A stretch of 64,000 nucleotides of DNA from Dimorphilus gyrociliatus (Eukaryota; Animalia; Annelida): contig CAJFCJ010000006.1 in assembly GCA_904063045.1 (NCBI GenBank), positions 4,976,408 to 5,040,407 on the forward strand, given 5' to 3'. The notes beneath the pieces are model-generated. The model saw only the letters and a list, made by a program, of their open reading frames with translations. It searched no databases and had not been told where the DNA came from. Made by a program: the position numbers and the translations under genes. Every line of letters starts with the position of its first letter. Positions within the stretch are counted from its first letter, which is position 1. Below are positions 25,598-40,343 of the stretch, in pieces.

Positions 25598-27700
25598 GGT
25601 GAAAAGTTGAAAGATGTAAACCATCCCAACTTAACGAGATTCATTGGTGCTTGTATCGATCCGGGAAATGTTTGCCTTCTGACGGAATATTGTCAGAAAG
25701 GAAGTTTACTAGTACGTGTAAAAGTACTTTTGTCCTTATTGAACAAATACTAATATCGATGACATAAAAACTACATAGGATTTACTAGGGAATGAAGCAA
25801 TAAAACTCGATTGGATTTTCAAATATTCATTAATGATGGATATAATTAAAGTTAGTAATATGTTTTTGACAATATAACGTACTTTTAATTGCTTTGAACT
25901 GTTGTTATCCACCCTAAAATGAATGGAGAGACTCTGTCGTTTATTATTTAATGTTGATTAAATTACCCCAAGTATTTACTTAAGCTATCTGACGCAATGT
26001 CACGTTTCCGTACCCTTAGGTTGACTGTACTAAACATTGAAGATATCATTAATTAATCAATTTTTTTTTAATTCAGGGAATGATTTATTTACATTCTAGC
26101 CCTATAAAGTTTCACGGACGTCTAAAGTCGTCTAATTGCGTTGTTGATTGTCGATTTATATTGAAGATAACTGATTTTGCTTTGACACCTGAATTTATTT
26201 CCGAAACGTCTGGAACTTCAACATCCGGTCGGTTAAAAGAGTATTAAAGTCTATTAGATATCATAATTATAAAAAGCATAATAAATTTCAACGTTTTTGT
26301 GTCTTTTCCATAGAGTTATGGACTGCACCGGAACTTTTAGAAAATAATGAAAGAAAACCGACTCAGGAAAGTGATGTATACAGCTTTGCGATAATCATGT
26401 ATGAGATAGTAACGCGTATGATGCCTTTTGAGTCATATTCTTTGACTATTGACAATATTATTGAAAAAGTTGGCCTTCGTTCGTATCCACCTTTTCGACC
26501 GTCTCTAGATGAATTTGATTGCTCTATTGGTGTTAAGAATGTTATTAAACACTGTTGGAATGATAATCCCAATTTAAGACCGTCTTTTGGAGATGTCAAA
26601 AAGAATTTATCCAAGCTGAAAGAAGTTCCGAAACATGTTAACATATTAGATAATTTACTTAAAAGGATGGAGCAATACGCAAATGATCTTGAAGAATTAG
26701 TTGAAGAAAGAACGAAGGCGTTTCTGGAGGAAAAAAAGAAATCGGAAGATTTACTTTATAGAGTACTACCTAAATCAGTAGCGGATCAATTAAAAGGCGG
26801 AAATTCAGTTCGACCCGAAACGTTCGATTCCGTGACCATCTTTTTTTCAGACGTAGTAGAATTTACTAAACTATGCTCGGATAGCAGTCCTTTGGAAGTT
26901 GTTAACTTTTTAAATGATTTATACGTTTGTTTTGATGCAATCATAGCTACGTATGACGTATACAAGGTAAGGAAATGTACAATAGCTCGTTTACATAATA
27001 TAAATAGGCCTAGATGTCTATTCGCGGCAGTTAATGTTTTTTTTAATTTCCGGAAAAGGTTGAGACGATAGGTGATGCTTACATGCTAGTTTCTGGCTTA
27101 CCAATTCGAAATGGTGACAAACACGCGGAAGTAATGGGGAGATTATCTATTCATTTAATAAACGTTTTGGATGGTTTCGTAATCCGACATAGGCCTTCCT
27201 TAAAGATTAAAATTAGAATAGGACTGCATTCTGGACCTTGCGTAGCTGGAGTAGTTGGTAAGATAAGCATAAAAAATGAACTATTTATAGATAACAACAA
27301 AAAAAAGTACTTAAAATATTTTCTTTCTTTTTCTATTGAAAAATGATGTATAGGACTAACTATGCCGAGATATTGTCTATTCGGAGATACTGTAAACACA
27401 GCGTCAAGGATGGAAAGTAATGGAGAACGTAGGAAACTTTTAATTTTATCCCTAATGGATTTTAATTGATAGATAAATATGACTTTTTTTTCTTTTATTC
27501 TCCTCCACTTCCTCCTTACCCTCCTCATCACCCTGTTTCATCTTTTTGTCTTCATTTTTACAGCTCAAAAGATTCACGTTAGCGAGAAAACAAGAAACTT
27601 TTTAAAAGATTCCAAAGAGTTTCTACTGAAAGAAAGGGGTACAGTAGAACTAAAAGGAAAAGGAAAAATGACGACTTATTGGTTATGGAGTAAATTATGA
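22305..27700 (+). CDS. Receptor-type (natriuretic-peptide-receptor-like) transmembrane guanylyl cyclase, about 14 exons
   Basis: Signal peptide, ANF-receptor ectodomain (IGPAC, PTFTRLS), one TM helix, kinase-homology domain ([32 protein letters not shown]), dimerisation coil, and cyclase motifs [16 protein letters not shown] and [19 protein letters not shown] (guanine-specifying E and C). Confidence 0.95.
25563..25595. repeat. (CT)n microsatellite at the 3' end of a guanylyl cyclase intron
   Basis: Direct inspection; it ends about 11 nt before the acceptor at 25605-25606. Confidence 0.93.
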
Positions 27701-29100
27701 GATGCTTTTTTGATAAAATAACTAATAAACAATACCGGAAATATCAAGAATGATTATTTTAAATTGTTTTATAAGAATCCTTTGATTCTAAACAAACTCA
27801 TAACAACAAACGACTGACTTAAGCAAAGGTATATTCCTCGTCAGTCTTTGGTATTATTCTTTACATTAGTACACATTCTCTATATCATTTTTGTTTCTAT
27901 TCACGAAGAATGAATAGATGCCACCCCATAGGCCTTTATAATAATAATAATAACTCCCATCTTATGAGTGTATACATTGTTGTTTCTTCTGGGGTTTTTT
28001 TATCCATACTTAAGAGTTTTCACTTAATTTATTAGTTTTCTTTATTATCTAATTTGTTCATATACTCTTTCTTTTCTGTTTTGTTGGCTTTTAATTAGTT
28101 CTAACGATTAGAGTAAACCAGTCTATGGACACGAAATTCTCTAAAGTAAATTGGGTATGTTGAAATATGGGACAATTATAGAAATGATATTTTAGTATAT
28201 ATTGTTAGTATTGGAACAATTGACAAACAACAGTAGATTTTGTTTTTAAATAAATCATATTTAAATACTTTGTCATAATATCAAAAAAATATACATTGTT
28301 ATTAATAAAAGATACATTTATGATGGAAGCATATGATGTAAGCAGTCAAAGACGGAGAGAGAGAGAGAGAGATGTTAATGACAAACTACTGTTTTGTTAG
28401 TTTTTCATTCTTTCCCTTTCACTTTCATATTTAAAGAAAATATTATTACAATTAAACAACATCGGTTATTTGTAAAAGTAAGTGCCGTTGTTCTTGACAA
28501 AATATGCCTTTTATCGCTTTTTTCATTACGTTCGTTGTTTCTTCCTCCTATCGTTTCTTCTTGGAAAATTATATCAATATTTTCCTCTATTTTCCTTCAT
28601 TTTGTACAGTTTTTTTGCGGTAGAATAAACAGAATTTTTAAAGAGCTTTTAAATATACATATATATGTTTACAGTATATACAGAAGAGTTCAATCATGAG
28701 TTGTGTCGCCACATATCGGTCATAAACGTCACTAAAGTACATTGCCAATGAATTTCTAGATATCTCGCTTTTATATTTTTCCTTTCTTTGATATAATAAA
28801 ACTTTCTGTGTTAATCAATAAATGAAATAGACGGACATTTTGAAAAGGCAAATCAATAAGTTTTTATGCGATAACAACAATGAATTTAACAGTAGAGATT
28901 CAAAGGAATAAAAACGTCTGATAATCCATTCCTTTATGTTTTTCAAGTATACCTATTTACGTAACGTTTAACTAATCCTTTATAACTAAGTGGCCACCAT
29001 TTCAACCAATAGTAATTGCATTGAAAATGTGTTTTTAGTAGAAGAAGGCAGGAAAGATATAGAAAAAAGAAAGGGAGAGAGAGAGAGAGAGGACGAGAAA

Positions 29101-29701
29101 ATGATAAAACCCATATTCTTTTACTGCAGTCTTCCAAGTCTTTTGATTTTGATATTCGTATTGAATGTGAATGCAGTGACTCTTTCAAGATGTGATTTCT
29201 ACAAACTCATCATTTCAAGAACTTTTAGAGAATTCGAAAGCCATGCTTCCGATTGTAAGTATTAAATATGTAAATAGAAATAGATAGGAATATCTTTTTA
29301 TCTTTAATAACAAAAAAGGAAAATAAGAAATTTCTTAATTAACTTAAAAGGGACTTGCTTAGTTCAACATGCCTCTAGCTACAATACTGAATCTGTAAAG
29401 GAAAAGGGAGATGAAACTTACTATGGCTTGTTTCAAATTCCCAGATCGCAGTGTCAAACATGGTTTTCTAGGCCAAATAAGACGGAGCTTGAAAATAAAA
29501 AATGCACAACTAAATGTCATTGTTAGTATTCAAACGAAATAAGAAATAATTGCTTTTTCTTTAATGTTGTCAAATATTTTCATAACAGATTTAACAGATA
29601 GTAGCATTGTAGACGATTTTGATTGCGCAATGACTTTATTTAAAGAATCTGGTTTCGATTTTTGGTGAGTAAAGTAGTTATTTTCTATGTTGCCACCAAG
29701 T

Positions 29702-29734
<33 letters not shown>

Positions 29735-29939
29735 GTCTTCTCTCTTTTTCTTTCTTGCTCTTATTCTCTCTCTCTCTTAAACACATACATACACACGCTC
29801 TGCCTTTTAATGAAACTTCCTTTTTCGTATAATGTATGTAATATACATAACCTTTCTGTTATTTATATCTTACAGGCCTATTCATAAAAGTAAATGCGAA
29901 GGCAAAAACTTGAATTCGTACACCTCAAATTGCTGGTGA
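29101..29939 (+). CDS. Secreted c-type lysozyme-like protein, predicted non-catalytic, 4 exons
   Basis: Exons 29101-29254, 29351-29521, 29589-29664 and 29876-29939 give a signal peptide plus VTLSRCDF...WTCLVQHASSYNTES...ETYYGLFQIP..QC...KCTTKCHYLTDSSIVDDFDCAM...GFDFW...KC...NCW*. All 8 c-type cysteines are present. Confidence 0.85.
29701..29776. repeat. (CT)n-rich tract in lysozyme-like gene intron 3
   Basis: Direct inspection of the sequence. Confidence 0.9.
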
Positions 29940-30945
29940 AAGATTAAACGGAGTAAATTTGAAGAATAAATGATTTTTAATAATATCTGTATTTACATTT
30001 AAACATGATATCTGTTTGTCACTCAGAAGGTAATAAACGTCTTTTTCTTATTAATTAATCTTACTATGATTCAGGGAAAAAGGTAGTGGGAGAGAGTAGG
30101 ATTGGATATAAGTACATTTATAAACCACAAGAAACTATCAAAAGGTAAAGAGAGGAAAGAATCCAAATTCTTTCGAAGAGAAAGAATAAAAAAAATGAAA
30201 GATAGAGAGAAAAAGCCTCTGGAGAAGGATAAGAAAAATAACAAATAATTAGTTTTCATTTGACTATAACAAACCAGTTTAGTCGTGATTATTTAAACTT
30301 AACGAGATGCAGAGGGAATTAATGCTACGTAGATAGAAAATTAGGGCCGTTTAATATATTTACAATCGTTAGATGGCGCAACTTTCAATTCAAAATCGAA
30401 TAATCTATATTTATATACTCACTTACATTGCATCGTAATATAGTCGGCAAACATTTCCCATTACCCTCCTTCTGGTTTGTCTTTGTTGTCTCTCGACCAA
30501 TATTTATTAAAGCAATTCTGTGAAATACGGTCGTTTATTCTGTAGTATGTAAGCAATGATTATAACAAAACTAGACATATTGTCGGAGATGGTGCAAATA
30601 GTCCAAACAGATAACGTATAAGAAAAAATAAAAGAATAACCGAAAACAAGTAACTCTATTTCATAGAAGAAAATGTTACGGGGGTGGAGGCATAATTAAA
30701 TAGAATTACTCCTGCTAACATTGTACTTCATATAAACATCAAATTAGGATACTGTCACGTATTCCAACTCTTTTTTTATTATTATTACTTTCAACCATTC
30801 ACAGTTTACTCTTCCCTTTCGGAATAGATAATAAAGATTTTTATTAAAAAAAAGATATACTTTCACCAACTTTTTTCTTGATGGATAAATCGAATTGGAA
30901 TAGAAACTTTCTCTATTTCTTTTTTCCTTCTTGTTCCTCGTCCCA

Positions 30946-30977
<32 letters not shown>

Positions 30978-31262
30978 GTCTCTCGCTTTCATATCAGAAT
31001 AATTGAGTTATTAAGGTTTCGTCAAGAAGTAAAAAAGCAAAAAAAAGAAAAATAAAATACGAACTTAAAACTTTTCCATTTTTTTTCTATTAACAGTTAA
31101 AAGATTTCTATATCTGATTGCAAAATTAGTTAAGGTTTTCTTTTTAAAAAAAAAGCAAAGAGCCGAAATACTACGCCCTCTTTTGGTGTTTGCACACAAT
31201 TATTTAACGAATGTCAGGACAGGTAATATGTTTACTTGATAATTGTTTCGGGAAGAAATTCG

Positions 31263-31268
<6 letters not shown>

Positions 31269-31298
<30 letters not shown>
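31269..31298. repeat. (CT)n microsatellite
   Basis: Direct inspection of the sequence. Confidence 0.9.
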
Positions 31299-31302
<4 letters not shown>

Positions 31303-32149
31303 ATTTCTCTAGTTTCTCATTATTCTAGCTCTGTCGAAAAACCCTCTTGAACCCGATCCTATCCTATCAGAGAGAGCCTGAAAAAGGACTCCTTTAAACG
31401 ATCGAGTTAAAAGATTCTATTTCGTCCTTCTTTACACTTTTCCCTTAACTCGTTATTAAATAAACTGGTATTTCAACAAATAATTGCTCCATATACTAAT
31501 ATACAATATATATAAATTATTAGATATATATATATATATCTACTGTTTATATCTATTATATAATAGGTACATTGTTTTAAAAAACAAAACAATATTGAAG
31601 GGCGAATTCTCGTCTTTTTTTCATTTCCCCAGCGTTATCTAACCTAAATAAAAATTGGGAAAGAGGAGACCATATTTCCTGTTAATTATACAAAAAATAC
31701 GTAATGGAAATATGAGTTTCATTGTCTCTTTTTCTATTCTATTCCTTTTACTACTAGTCTTGCTACTCCTCTCCTTCCTCTCCTCCTTTCCCTCATCCTT
31801 CATTTCACTTGTTCTTCTGGAAAACTCTAGATAAAAAGAAAGAAGCAAATGTAGCGTGTGGACAAATAAAAAAAAATAGAAAACCGATAGAATATTATAC
31901 AAGTAACAGATGTATGCTACGAGAAACGGGTTTATTCGATATCCAAAATATGTGTTAATACATATTCATAAACTAATATTAAATTTCAATACCGTGCATG
32001 ACATTGAGCACTTGTAAAGCGTGAGACAGCTGCTAAAATGTCTGAATACTTTAATACATTTATAGAGTGCGTAAATAAGTTTTGTACAACTGTGACAGGA
32101 TTAAACTTTTTTGAGGTAAAAAGAAGGAAATCAGCAAAAGAAACAGAAT

Positions 32150-32808
32150 ATGACCATGTTTAATTATTCTCTTTTTATGATTCTAATCTCTTTGATTGGG
32201 GTCAGTTATGCTTCCATTTTATCGGAAGATGATATCGTTAAACTAATCGGTAGACCGGGAAAACCTTTAGATGTTTCTTACGGAGAACATTCTGTTGTTC
32301 CTGGAGAGACGCTTGAAATATCAAAGACGCAGAATGAGCCAAATATCGAAATTGGTATCTACAAATATATATTATTTTCTTTTTGTTGCCAAATCATTGA
32401 AACTAAATATAAAATCTCTCTATTGACCATTGTGATATATTTTTTTTATGAAATTGAATAGGTGAGGACGATGACTGCTATCGTACTCTTGTCATGTTTG
32501 ACCCTGACGCTCCATCGGCTACACTCCCAATTATGGCGCAATTTAGACATTGGCTAGTTGTGAATATTAAAGGATCAGATATGAATAGTGGAGATACTAA
32601 AGTTACATATATGGGCCCGTCTCCGCCAAAAGGAACCGGACCTCATAGATATATCTTCGCAGTGTACAAGCAAAACGATTGCAAGAGAACTGACTTTTCG
32701 AACATAAATAAAGCAAGACCTAAAACTTCTGTAGCTAAATTGATAGCTGATTATAATTTAAACTCATCACCAGAATCAGCAAACGTATTCTTTGCCGAAA
32801 AAAAATAA
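32150..32808 (+). CDS. Phosphatidylethanolamine-binding protein (PEBP/RKIP/OV-16 family) with predicted signal peptide, 2 exons
   Basis: MFDPDAPS, FRHWLVVNI, YMGPSPPKGTGPHRYIF. Hydrophobic N-terminus SLFMILISLIGVSYA. A phase-1 intron lies at approx. 32354-32462. Confidence 0.93.
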
Positions 32809-33544
32809 TTACATAAGATGAAATACAGCAAAGTTTGACAAATGACAAATTATCTATTGTTTATCTTTTCATATCCAAAATATTATTATAGAAAGATGTA
32901 TAAGTATAAATAAATAAATTGTATAAATGATATATATATTGTTTATGCATATATATATATATTCACAATATTAAAAGAGTTCAGAATTATTATTATTTTT
33001 TGGTCTATATCAACACAATTATCCAAGTTCGAGATTTATTTTTGATTTTTTCAATATTTTTTGTTTTTCTTTAAACGGTCATTGAGAAACGTATTGTGAT
33101 ATGCGAATGGTAAGTAGGAACAACAATGCTACGAAAAAAATATCTGGCACTAAAAACATTCACTTTTCGAAAAAATAAATGAAAAAAAAGCATTTATAAA
33201 AAAAAAGAAGATAAAAAAAAAGAAAAATAACCACTTTTCCCGTTTAAAAAAATTATATATATACACATATATATGTATATATATATATATATATATTATA
33301 TAATATATATACATACATACAGTAAGTATTGTCTTTTTTTTTAAATTTATTTAAGTAATAAACTACTTGGATGTTAAATTTTGTTTTTTTAACATTTTTT
33401 GTTTTTTTTTATAACTATTTGCTGTTTTATCTAATTTTAAATTAATTTTTAAGAGAGTTTATTTTTTGGTATGATTGATTCTTCTTCTTCTTCCTTCTTT
33501 TCTTTTCTTTTTTTTTTTTTACAAGTATAAAAAACAAGATTGTC

Positions 33545-35926
33545 TTATTTTTTCCCATTAGCAGACAGATGCCAACCTTGCAAATCTATACTCTTATTAG
33601 CTTTAATATGTTTAAATTTACAATCAGCACCAAATTTACACCCAGTAGTTCTCCAAAAGTAGCATTCATTACCATTCACAGGACCTTTTTCAATATGTTC
33701 TTGATATCTTTTAGATTGAATGATTATTTAATTATAAATTAAAATTTTAATTAACAGTTAAAATAAGATAAGTAATTATTTATTTATTTATCTGAAACAC
33801 TACCTGTGACTATCAACGTTATTTGGCCATTTTAATAATAATCTCATTGGTCCACATTGTACCCCCTTTGAAAATAAAGGAGAATATATGTATTTGTTAA
33901 TTAATTACCTTATTAATATATAATTTATATATATACCTGATAACTACTCATCGCTTTTGCCGCTTGTTCGGGAGTTTGATAATTTACAAACATATAAAAT
34001 TTTTCAGTTGTTCTATAATGACTTATAACGGTTCCGCATCTAAAATATCAAAGTAAAATATAGATAATTAGTGTCCTTTGATAAATACGTTTTCCGTAGT
34101 TTCCACTATTAAAGATAAATTAAAAGGAAGAAAGCAAGGATATGAAAGAAACTCACTTTCCGAACATTTCTAATAATTCATCAGTATCTACCTCCTGTGC
34201 AACATTACCGATCCACAGATTTGTTGCTCTTAGTGGATTTGTTGGACTGTTTAATAGGAGAGTAAAATTACATAAGTATTTAAGAAAAAAAAGAAACTTA
34301 TAAAAGAAATAAAAGAAAACAAGGATTATTTTACACTTACTCTTTTAATAATTGATCTTTATTTGTTGTGGTATATGGAACGTTTGAAGGTTGAACTTCA
34401 CCGTTTGTAACAGGCTTTTTCAAGCCTTCACAAGGCGGCTTCACGTTATTTTTGTTTGTGTCATTAACTGGTTTTGAGTTTTTTTGTAGTTTATCACTAT
34501 TAGTACAGGCTATCACTTCAGCCATTGTTTTCCTCTTTGGGGCATTTATATTATCATTGACCATTTCGTTTAAGTCATCTAGGACATTAAAATTAGGAGT
34601 AGTATTTCTATATATAGAATAGTCTGTACCAAATAATGTTTTACTACTCCAAAGATTATGTATATTATATGAATTATTCTCGGTGCCGTTATTTGTATTT
34701 TTTGGTGAATTTTGATCCTCAGGATCGAAGAAATTATTGGCCCAGCCATTTTGACTTGAACCATTTGTATTCCAAATATTATCGGTTAAAATACTCGGGG
34801 ATTCAACAGAGTTCCGACCAGACTCTTCTGTTGTATCTTTAAAATATCTTGAAGTTTCGTTAGATTGAATTGTTGTTTTCTTAGGTTCTTGAACTTTTGA
34901 GGAAAAAATGAATTTTCATGCAAATAATGAAAAATATAACAAACTTTTTTCTTGTATTAAATGAGCAGCAGCATTAACGTCGTTTGTTTTATTCAAAGCT
35001 CTCTCTGATATATCTTTATCATAACCCATTTCCTAAATTGATTGATTATTTCTCTTTATATACATGACTACTATGAAAAATTCTTCCGTTTTCGATTTAC
35101 CTGTAATTGAACTAATTGTACATCGTATAATTCAGCATCTCCTTCCATTGAATTAGGATCTAATTCCAAATGTTTTCTATAGCAGGATACCGCCTCTTCG
35201 TATCTCTATTTCATTAAATTTACAAAACAATCAGTAGACGTTTACTAGAAAATTATTATTTTACTTTTAAGCCGGTTAGCGCTCTAGCTTTACGATAGTA
35301 ACCCTTCTCCCATCGTTCGTTTAATGTCAAGGCTTTTTCGGCATCCGCATAAGCTCTATTGTTTCCAATAAGAAATAAAAACAATTAAAAAAAGGAGTAA
35401 AAGAAAAAAATCTTACTCTTCATATAATCCCAAACGTTCATAACAAAAAGATCGATGTCCATATAATCTAAAAATAACAAATTACAATAACAAATAAGTT
35501 TTTTTTTTAAAAAAAAATATGAAAAATATTTATTTATATTTTTCACGTTTAATATTAATTCTATATGAATTTATAGATAAAATAATATTACAAAGCTGAT
35601 TGAAAAATTATCCTTTACCTGCAATCTCTATCGTATAAGTTAATAGCTTCTTTAAATAAATTAATAGCTTCTTCAAAATTCTGTTCTTTTTCTGCTAGTA
35701 AGTATCCTTTACCTAAAATATTCAGAAAAAAACAATTAGGTTTTTTAAGAAGATACAAGAAAGAATATAAATAAAATAGAGAAAAAGAATCAATATATAC
35801 TAGCTAATATTTGAGCTCTCTCTTCTCTAGTTTTTTCATTATCTCCATCATTTGTCTGTGAGTGTAAAAAAAACAATAAATTAGTACAGCAAGAAAACAA
35901 GTGCAAATATAGCAAATATGTATACA

Positions 35927-35961
<35 letters not shown>

Positions 35962-37091
35962 ATCTACATTATTATTATATTAAACAATAATATAAACTTA
36001 ATATTATAATCTTTTCTTACGTTACTAGATTTCACTGAGTGATTGGAATTTGTTTTGTTTATACTTGTAGAAGATGATTTTGAATTATTTAACGAATGTT
36101 TTGCTTGCTCTTTCTGAACTTTCTTTTTTCGTTTACTTGATTGCATAACAAAAGCAGAATTATCAATCAGTTTATCACAGTCGCTTGAGCTGTAAATTGA
36201 TTAAATTATATATAAATAATTCATAAAATTCACCTAAATAGTTATATACCTATCATTTTTATCGTCATCATTTTCCTCGTTAGTTATATCATCCTTAATG
36301 AGACCTTCTTCACTGTCACTATCATTTTTATACTGATCGTTAATTTTGATATTTTCCTTAGAATTATGTTTCTCTTTTTTCTTTTCCCTCTGCTTCTTTT
36401 TTCTTTCTTTTTTCTTGAGAGCTTTTTGTTTTTCGCGACCTGTTATAACCGGCCAGATAGTAATAAAGTCATTTGTCGATATTGAAAGAGCTATACCTTC
36501 TTGCGTAATTAGTTCCATCATAGCTTTGTCAGCTTCCATTTCCTTTTCTAGTTCTTTTTCTACAGACGACGTAATAAGATACTCAGATAGAAAATGATTC
36601 ATTCAATTCCATTAAAGTTATTTTTATTTCCCTTTCACAATTCGAAATATTACATAATTAATAATTGTTTTTACTATACATTGTTTCAAGTAGGATATAA
36701 AACAAGTTTATAATTTCAATTTTAAAATAGTTACGTTCATCCCCGGAAACTAATAGTAGTTGTCATTATCGAGCCTATGAGAGGTAATTACCTACCTACG
36801 AAAATCTTTTACATTTCAATAGATTGATTACATACCTGGAATTGAGAATGCCAAACTTTTGTAGTTAACATCTTCACAACGATCGCATCTGCAGCCTTTT
36901 TTGCTCTCCCAATTTTTTAGAGCTGAGAAATAAGATACCTTATTTTTAATTTCAGATTTAAATTGTAAATAAATATTACATTCACAAGCCTTTTTTAATG
37001 TTTTTGTGTTATCGTCCTTCAAATTATTACTACTTGCTTTATGTAATGTATCTTGGGCGGTTTGAAGAGCATTATATATCTGTAAATTCAT
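33545..37091 (-). CDS. TTC31-like protein: basic coiled coil, TPR repeats, RRM and C-terminal CCCH zinc finger; many small exons, 5' exon structure uncertain
   Basis: KQKALKKKERKKKQREKKK coil and NSAFV; TPR segments GHRSFCYERLGLYEE/ALADAEKALTLNERWEKGYYRKARAL; RRM NLWIGNV...FVNYQTPEQAAKAM; CYFWRTTGCKFGADCKFKH (C-x7-C-x5-C-x3-H). Stop at 33545. Confidence 0.75.
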
Positions 37092-37999
37092 GCAACAAAC
37101 CTAAAACATGGTTCTTTCGAAAATCGATGAATAGCTACTCACAAACTCTGATTCAGATGAATTATTGTGAAACACAGGATACCAGCAACGTCGTAAATAG
37201 TTATATTTTTTTTCAACAGTATTTTTGTTGTATTCTGTGAACGTAACAATGAAGATGAGCGAACAATTTACAAATTGAGCGATAATTAAATAAGTTCCGT
37301 GAAAGAATTGCTAGTTAATACCTTCGGGTACACTTAACAATTCACGAGAATATTTAATATTATCATTTAAAGTTTTCCGGTTCATAACTAGTTTCCGATT
37401 ACAATTTAGTACACGATAAATACTATAAAACTTGTTTTGAGAAGAAAATCAGCTTGGCTTTTCAGAAACCGTGAAACCACGTGTGATAAAACGGGATTTT
37501 AGAATGAGTGGTTCGTGTCGAATTTTCCCGCGAAAATTTCAAAATACCAAGCGAAGCGTCTATTCCCTTCAGAATTCAATTGTTTATTTTAAAGAGTCTT
37601 TCAGAAAACGTTTTTTTTTTTATTTGAGAAACATACATACATCAAACGAATATGGGAAAAAGTCGAATGTAGAATACGTTGCTTACGTTGAACTGGTACA
37701 ACAAGTGACGAAAACGAAACAACTTTCTCAAAAACAAATTGACGAAATGATAAAAACATATAAAAGCAGTAACTATAAAAGAATTCATTTTTTCCATCCT
37801 CCATTGCCTTAATGCTTTTTTCACAAACTTGCAATCTACCGATCATTTTTTAACGCAGACTCATCATATCCTACAAGAGAAAAATTTCAACAAAAACACC
37901 TATTAAGTTTGCTTTAAGTTTCAGGAGACAAACTGTGTTTACTGTAAAAAAAAATTTCAAATGACTAAAAATGTCAAGTATCGAGTCAATAAAATGTTG

Positions 38000-40343
<2,344 letters not shown>

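Noticed and set aside
30437-30449. AATATAGTCGGCA match to U4 snRNA
   Set aside because: The match is only 13 nt; the flanking stem, Sm site and U6-pairing region are absent.
31150-31400. Exon-like pair ending SSVENPLEPDPILSERA*
   Set aside because: It has no start codon or upstream coding exon and no homology I recognise; it may be UTR or lncRNA.
37101-37180. U12-type intron (GTATCCTG donor) upstream of the TTC31-like ATG; similar ATATCCTTG/CCTTAAC near 59102
   Set aside because: The first has an imperfect donor and no TCCTTAAC branch site; in the second the elements are only about 10 nt apart.
37471-37812. 113-aa plus-strand ORF
   Set aside because: It has a GTG start and no recognisable motif, and it lies antisense across the likely CtBP 3'UTR and TTC31-like promoter.
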